A stretch of DNA of 64,000 nucleotides from Planctomycetota bacterium (GTDB taxonomy: Bacteria; Planctomycetota; UBA1135; UBA2386): contig CANMWZ010000003.1 of NCBI GenBank assembly GCA_947501605.1, forward strand, positions 128,001-192,000, in the 5' to 3' direction. The translations under genes and the position numbers were made by a program. Below the pieces are notes generated by a model, which searched no databases, was not told the origin of the DNA, and saw only the letters and a program-made list of their open reading frames with translations. This document shows positions 58,884-64,000 of this stretch, in pieces; within the stretch, counting starts at the first letter, position 1; each line of letters starts with the position of its first letter.

Positions 58884-59514
58884 AGGCGCCGTGGCCACCG
58901 TGCAGATGCACGGCTTGGTCCTTCGCCGCGACCAGTTCGGACTCGCGCAGCGAAAGGGGCTGGAAGCGACTGCGAACGGTGGCTTCGTCCGACATCGCCA
59001 CGGCGATGTCGAGGTAGACGCAGCGATGTCGCGCTTCGGCCTCGACCAGATCGAGGTAGAACTCGCTGGCGTCCGGGTCCGTTCCGGCAAGAGCGTGTCC
59101 GAGTGCTTGCATGCGTTCGTGCGAGCGCGCCTCGATCAACGCCGAGACCAACAACTCGTCGATCACGCGCTCGGGCGCCGCCGACGCGCAGGCAGCCTTG
59201 AGCTTGCCGGCATAGCCTGACGGCGCTTGTTGCACATAGCGGATGCCGCGCAACTCGAGCTGCCGCAGTGTGCGCTCGAAGTGCACGAGTTCCTCGCGCG
59301 CAAGATACGACAGGGCGCGCTGGATCCAGATCTCCTGCGGCAGCACGAACAGAAAGCGGGCGGCCGCAGCGGCGGCCTTCTTCTCCAGGTGCGCCTGCTC
59401 GATCAGCAGCAAAGGCAGGTTCTGGGCAGCTGCCAACGCCCACGCACGCGGCGTTGTCGAACGCAGAACACAGGCGTCGTGCAGGCTCTCGGACAACGGC
59501 GGCGACGTGGACAC
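58870..59514 (-). CDS. miaE: tRNA-(ms2io6A37) hydroxylase
   Basis: AHLEKKAA, LAREELVHF, ALIEARSHER, EARH di-iron motifs. Confidence 0.88.
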   Translation of the reverse strand: MSTSPPLSESLHDACVLRSTTPRAWALAAAQNLPLLLIEQAHLEKKAAAAAARFLFVLPQEIWIQRALSYLAREELVHFERTLRQLELRGIRYVQQAPSGYAGKLKAACASAAPERVIDELLVSALIEARSHERMQALGHALAGTDPDASEFYLDLVEAEARHRCVYLDIAVAMSDEATVRSRFQPLSLRESELVAAKDQAVHLHGGHGAYDGV

Positions 59515-59561
59515 ACGAACACCATCGCAGAGGAGCAGGCGACTGTCCACCGGCGGCCTCG

Positions 59562-62105
59562 TCAACGCGGCTGCAGTTCGACGGCGGACCACGGCGTGAT
59601 CCGCTCTCGGTGTCGCTGCCGCATCGCCGCAACCTGTGGCGGTGTGATGCAACTCGCGCGATGGCCGAAGGCACGGCGCAGGTAACTGAGAGCCGCGGCG
59701 AGGTCCTCATCGCCGAGGTGCGATTGCGCCGGCATCTCGCCATCAAAGGTCGCACCCGCAGCGCGCAAGGGTCCGCGCACACCATGCAAGGCGACCTGGA
59801 GCAGGAGCCCGGGATCTCCGATCACCCACTCCGATGAGCGCAGCGGCGGAGCGAGACCTGGCAGGCCCTGGCCTTCGGTCTGGTGGCAGGCGGCGCAGTA
59901 GGCACCGTAGACCCGAGCGCCTGCCGCCACGCGCGCGCGTTCGGCAGGCAGCAGCATCGAAGCGTCGTTGTCCACCGCAGTCGCCGCCGCGTCGGCGCGA
60001 AGCTCGATGGCGGCGAGGAGTTGTTGGACCAAGACCGTGACTTCGGGCCGACCCGTTCGCAACATCGCCGGCAAGGCCGGCGGTGTCACCACGAAGGAGT
60101 AGAAGCCACGCGCCGCGGTCGCAGCCGTCGGAATCGCGGCGCACAAGCCGTGCAAGAGCGCGACCTGCTGGCGAGGATCCATGGCTGCAGCCGCCCGCTG
60201 CAACACCGCCTCGTGCAGCGCCGGATCCCTGGCCTGACCGACCCCGAGAGCCACCGCCCGCAACGCTTTCTCGACCCCCGAGTCGAATGGCATGGCGATG
60301 AGAACTCGCGCGAGTTCTACCGGATCGGACTGCGCACTGCTGGCGACGGCACCGGTAATTACCGCATCGTCGCGCGCGCGCGCTGCAAGCCTCGCCAACA
60401 AGGCGAAGGCTCGACCTTGGTGCGCACCCGACACGTCGCCGAGTGCCAGCGCAAGGTGCCAGAGCACGCACGGCGCCGCCGCGTCGACCAGATGCTCGCA
60501 CTGCGCAAACAGCACTCGATCGCCCCGACTGAGTTCGGTGGCGACAAACTGCAAGGCCAGACACAGCAGACCTGCGTCCGTCGCATGCAAGGCGCGGCGC
60601 AGATCGTCGCACCTCAGTTCGCCCAGACCGTGCAAGGTGGCGAGCGCATGCAGGGACCCCGGCACCGCGCCCGTTTGCAGCAGTGCGCGCAATGGCAGCA
60701 CGGCGCGAATGTCCTGCTGCTCGACCAAGCGCTGTTGGGCGCGATCGCGCACGAAGCCATCGGCCGCCGCCAACTGGGCGACCAGAGCTGCGGGATCGAC
60801 AACCGAAGACGCGACCTGAGCTACCCGCGCAGCATCGGCATCGACGATGCGCCAGATGCGACCAAGACCGATCGGGCGCTCGAGACGGCGATCGAGGATC
60901 TGTTGGCGCAGAAAGGTCGTGACGAAGTTCTTGTGCTGGATGACGCCGCGATACATGTCCACGACGTAGAGCGCGCCATCAGGACCTTGGGTCAAGTTCA
61001 CGGGACGGAAACGTTCATCCGTCGAGGTGAGAAACTCCGCGCCCTCATGAGCATTCGCACCCGACATGTAGGCGTCGTGATCGCGCAGTCGAATCCGTCG
61101 CACGAGGTTGCCGGCAGGCTCGCAGACAAAGGCATCGCCATTGCATCCGGACAAGGCCGAACCGCGGTAGAGGAACGGCGCGCATGCAGCCGTGTGCCGC
61201 TGGAGCCACCCATCCTTGAGCATGCCAGCGCGACCGCCCCGATTGACCCCTGGCGTGATCCGCGACGGAAACACGCGCCCATCCGGCACCAGACGTTGGT
61301 TCTGGCCAGGCAGCAGCGCTGCGGGCTGCGTTCGCGCGCCATAGTGACGCGGCACAAGATCGCAGCGCAGCCAATCCTCGTTGTAGTTGAAGTAGAGGCG
61401 GCCGCGATCGTCCTGGCTAAGACCCCACTGTCCCGCCAACACGGTGCGTTCGATCGCGAACGACACGCCAGCGGCGGTGCGCCGCCAACGCAACATGCGC
61501 GCGTCGTCGGCGAGGTGGATCCGGTTGTCGAGCCCCCACAACAACCCGTTGCCGCTGTGTTCGGGATTGACGATGCCGCTGTCGAAACCGTCACACACAA
61601 CCTCGGTGCGATCGGCGCGCAGATCCCCGTCCTCGTCAACCGCCCACAGCAACACCGGCGGTGCGATCACGAGCGCGCCACCACGGAGGGGCAGGACCGC
61701 CCGCGGCAGTACGAGGTCCCCGAGGAACGGAACAGCTTCGTCCATACGGCCGTCGCCGTCGCGATCGCGCAGCACCAAGACGCAACCGTCGGGCGTGCGT
61801 TCGCCGTCGGCGTCCACGGTGCGCATGTAACTGCGCATCGCGACGACCCAGAGGTTGCCATCGCCATCGAACACCGCGTGCACGGGATCGCCAAGCAACG
61901 GCTCGCTCGCTACCAGTTCGGCGCGGAAGCCAGGCTGCAGGCGCAGGGTCGCAAGCTCTTCGGCCGGCGTGCGCACCACCGCGTCTGGAACCAAAAGGCC
62001 TGGCTGCAACGTCGCCCGATCTTCGTCGGCGCGGTCCCCCTGCTGCGCGAGCAGGGGCGAGAGCGCCAGCATGCCCCACACCAGAGCGGCCGCAGTGTGG
62101 CTCAC
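59562..62105 (-). CDS. PVC-type membrane-bound dehydrogenase (beta-propeller + HEAT-like + C-terminal cytochrome c)
   Basis: LQPGFRAELVASEP, DRDGDGRMD, DERFRPV, GPDGALYVVDMYR, GRIWRI; CAACH...MP. Confidence 0.85.
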   Translation of the reverse strand: MSHTAAALVWGMLALSPLLAQQGDRADEDRATLQPGLLVPDAVVRTPAEELATLRLQPGFRAELVASEPLLGDPVHAVFDGDGNLWVVAMRSYMRTVDADGERTPDGCVLVLRDRDGDGRMDEAVPFLGDLVLPRAVLPLRGGALVIAPPVLLWAVDEDGDLRADRTEVVCDGFDSGIVNPEHSGNGLLWGLDNRIHLADDARMLRWRRTAAGVSFAIERTVLAGQWGLSQDDRGRLYFNYNEDWLRCDLVPRHYGARTQPAALLPGQNQRLVPDGRVFPSRITPGVNRGGRAGMLKDGWLQRHTAACAPFLYRGSALSGCNGDAFVCEPAGNLVRRIRLRDHDAYMSGANAHEGAEFLTSTDERFRPVNLTQGPDGALYVVDMYRGVIQHKNFVTTFLRQQILDRRLERPIGLGRIWRIVDADAARVAQVASSVVDPAALVAQLAAADGFVRDRAQQRLVEQQDIRAVLPLRALLQTGAVPGSLHALATLHGLGELRCDDLRRALHATDAGLLCLALQFVATELSRGDRVLFAQCEHLVDAAAPCVLWHLALALGDVSGAHQGRAFALLARLAARARDDAVITGAVASSAQSDPVELARVLIAMPFDSGVEKALRAVALGVGQARDPALHEAVLQRAAAAMDPRQQVALLHGLCAAIPTAATAARGFYSFVVTPPALPAMLRTGRPEVTVLVQQLLAAIELRADAAATAVDNDASMLLPAERARVAAGARVYGAYCAACHQTEGQGLPGLAPPLRSSEWVIGDPGLLLQVALHGVRGPLRAAGATFDGEMPAQSHLGDEDLAAALSYLRRAFGHRASCITPPQVAAMRQRHRERITPWSAVELQPR

Positions 62106-63559
62106 AGCGCCACCTGCGGCTTCAATTCGAATGGGGCGCGGTAGGCCCGCCGCGCATGGCGATTGCCGTCGGTGTCAGGGCGCAGCAAAGCACCAAGCTG
62201 CAGCGGCGCCAATGAGGGCAGGGCGTTGTCCTCGAGGTGCTGCTGCATGCGCAGAAACGCTTCGCCGAGTTCTGGCACGCTGCGCAGGGCCGCATCGCAG
62301 GTCGGCATCGTCGCCTCAACCCCGCGACGCAGCGATTCGTTGCCCAGATGACACAGCGCACTGCTGAGATGGCCTTGGCGAACGTCGGCGGCGAGCCGCT
62401 TCGGGTCGCCCGCACGGACCGCATCGATGAAGTTCGCTAGGTGGTCGCCTCGGCCCACAAAGGTGGCGATGCGCTTGCCTTCGAGATCCTGCGCATGTCC
62501 ACCGTAGTAGCTCGTCAGCACCACGCAGCCGTGTTCGCAGTGAATGACCACGCCGATGCGGGCGGAAAAGAACTCGTCCATCTGCCGCGTGTGAGCTGAC
62601 GCTGGCAAGCCGCGCACTTCGAACAGGATCGGGGCACGCTCGCTCCCGATCCAGACAAGCTGTGTGTTCGGGGTCTCGCCGTCGTCGTCCGCGCCAAAGC
62701 GCCCGCCCACCGACCACACCTGGCTCGGCAGAGCGTCGAGCCCGACGGCCATGCGGCAAAGGTCCATCTGGTGCACGCCTTGGTTGCCGAGATCGCCGTT
62801 GCCATACGGCCACTGCCAGTGCCAGTCGTAGTGAAACTTGTGCCGGCGAACCGCCTGCTGCGCGGCCGGCCCCAGCCACAGGTCATAGTCGACGGTCGCT
62901 GGCGGCGCACTCGGCTCTGCAACCTTGCCGATGCTCGTACGCGGCTTGTAGCACAGACCGCGCGCGAGCCGGATGCGACCGAGCGCACCGCTCTGCGCGT
63001 AGGCGATCGCGTCCAGGATGCCCTTGTGACTGCGGCATTGCGTACCGGAAGCAGCCACGAGGCCGGTGCGCTGCGCCGCTGCAACCAGTTGGGCGCCCTC
63101 CCAGACATCGTGGCTCACAGGCTTCTCGACGTAGGCGTGAAGACCTCGCTCCAGCGCCCACACGCCGAGCAAACTGTGCCAGTGGTTGGGCGTCGCGATC
63201 GCAACTGCGTCGACGGTGTCGCTGTCGAGCAGGGCGCGAGGGTCGGTGAAGGTGCGCGGGGCTTCGCCCAGTGCGCGGCATGCAGCCTCGGCCCGGGCTA
63301 GCACCACGGTGTCGACATCGCACAAGGCAGCGATGCGCACGCCTGGCAGGGCGCGAAACCCCGCGGTCAACTCCGACCCGCGGCCGTTGTGACCGAGGAC
63401 GCCGATTCGCACCGCGGCGTTGCTGCCGAGAATGCGCGCGCGACTTGCCGCGGTCGCAACCACCGGGCTCGCGCTGCGGCACCCCGCCGCGGCGAACGCA
63501 GTTGCCGAGCCGAGCACGAACGAACGCCGCGAAACGCGACCGTCATTGCCTGCGTGCAT
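62102..63559 (-). CDS. Tat-exported Gfo/Idh/MocA oxidoreductase
   Basis: SRRSFV twin-arginine; IATPNHWH, YVEKP, DLWLGPA, GDLGNQGVHQMD. Confidence 0.9.
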   Translation of the reverse strand: MHAGNDGRVSRRSFVLGSATAFAAAGCRSASPVVATAASRARILGSNAAVRIGVLGHNGRGSELTAGFRALPGVRIAALCDVDTVVLARAEAACRALGEAPRTFTDPRALLDSDTVDAVAIATPNHWHSLLGVWALERGLHAYVEKPVSHDVWEGAQLVAAAQRTGLVAASGTQCRSHKGILDAIAYAQSGALGRIRLARGLCYKPRTSIGKVAEPSAPPATVDYDLWLGPAAQQAVRRHKFHYDWHWQWPYGNGDLGNQGVHQMDLCRMAVGLDALPSQVWSVGGRFGADDDGETPNTQLVWIGSERAPILFEVRGLPASAHTRQMDEFFSARIGVVIHCEHGCVVLTSYYGGHAQDLEGKRIATFVGRGDHLANFIDAVRAGDPKRLAADVRQGHLSSALCHLGNESLRRGVEATMPTCDAALRSVPELGEAFLRMQQHLEDNALPSLAPLQLGALLRPDTDGNRHARRAYRAPFELKPQVAL

Positions 63560-63633
63560 CGCTGCACCATACCGGAAGCCGCGGGATTTCCTCGCGTCTC
63601 CGAGGCGGTGCACCCGTAGCGTCCGCGGTCGGC

Positions 63634-64000
63634 ATGCTTCCACGCATCGGACCCCCCGAGCACGGCCCCCGTCCGCATCGATTCAGCACCGGCGCGTGGG
63701 TGCTCTACGACCTCGCGAACACGGTCTACGCCGCAACGCTGACCTTCTTGTTCACTCCGTTCGTCGAGAAGAACTACGGCGGCCTCTCCAACCTAGGCCT
63801 CACGCAGACGTGGTCGATGGTGCTCGCCGGCTTGCTGGTACCGGTGCTCGGCGCGATCGTCGATCGAACGGCGCGAACGGGGCTCTATCTGTCGATCGCA
63901 ACGCTCCTCTGTATCGGCGCCATGTCAGGCTGGGGCCTTGGCGGCGGCGAGGGCTTCATGCTCGGCTGCTTCTTCCTCGCCAACGTCGCCTACAACCTCG
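63634..64000 (+). CDS. MFS transporter, UMF1/ATG22-like (partial, runs off the window edge)
   Basis: Manual translation: AWVLYDLANTVY...PVLGAIVD...FFLANVAYNL. Confidence 0.8.
   Translation, partial: MLPRIGPPEHGPRPHRFSTGAWVLYDLANTVYAATLTFLFTPFVEKNYGGLSNLGLTQTWSMVLAGLLVPVLGAIVDRTARTGLYLSIATLLCIGAMSGWGLGGGEGFMLGCFFLANVAYNL

Noticed and set aside
59883..62144. Long antisense ORFs (also 1810-3234, 20104-21447, 24872-26446, 32222-33700, 38026-39453)
   Set aside because: Shadow frames of well-supported genes in GC-rich DNA, with no recognisable motifs.

Overview
A gene-dense, GC-rich bacterial chromosomal window, most likely from an uncultured Planctomycetota. That inference rests on a planctomycete-type cytochrome c domain protein, a PVC-type membrane-bound dehydrogenase, a Tat-exported Gfo/Idh/MocA enzyme and a TsaC-phosphatase fusion. 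About 57 CDS were called. No rRNA, tRNA, IS, prophage or CRISPR array was seen. Housekeeping content includes a divergent DnaA-like gene (truncated by the window edge), accBC, pfkA, hslU, ndk, an NFACT/RqcH gene, fbp, nupC-punA, cdd-deoC, fdhD, sdhCAB-mog and miaE. The strongest accessory system is a ~10 kb divergent cluster (7.0-17.0 kb). It holds a type III PKS, an MddA/ICMT-like membrane methyltransferase, a UbiG-like O-methyltransferase, an FAD oxidoreductase, two YceI-type lipid binders, a lipoprotein, an MMPL/RND exporter and a sensor kinase, with a sigma-54 promoter; it may make and export a methylated alkylresorcinol or alkylquinone lipid. Other signals are a recurring TAnnnT hexamer 6-9 nt before start codons (leaderless transcription), two sigma-54 promoters, a degenerate TsaC fused to a YwlE-type arginine phosphatase, an HslU with non-canonical pore and tail motifs, an ECF/anti-sigma pair with a triplicated motif, a GspG-like domain fusion, and two short tandem-repeat arrays. 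All family calls come from motif recognition by eye, not from database searches. Start codons were refined manually and some are uncertain.
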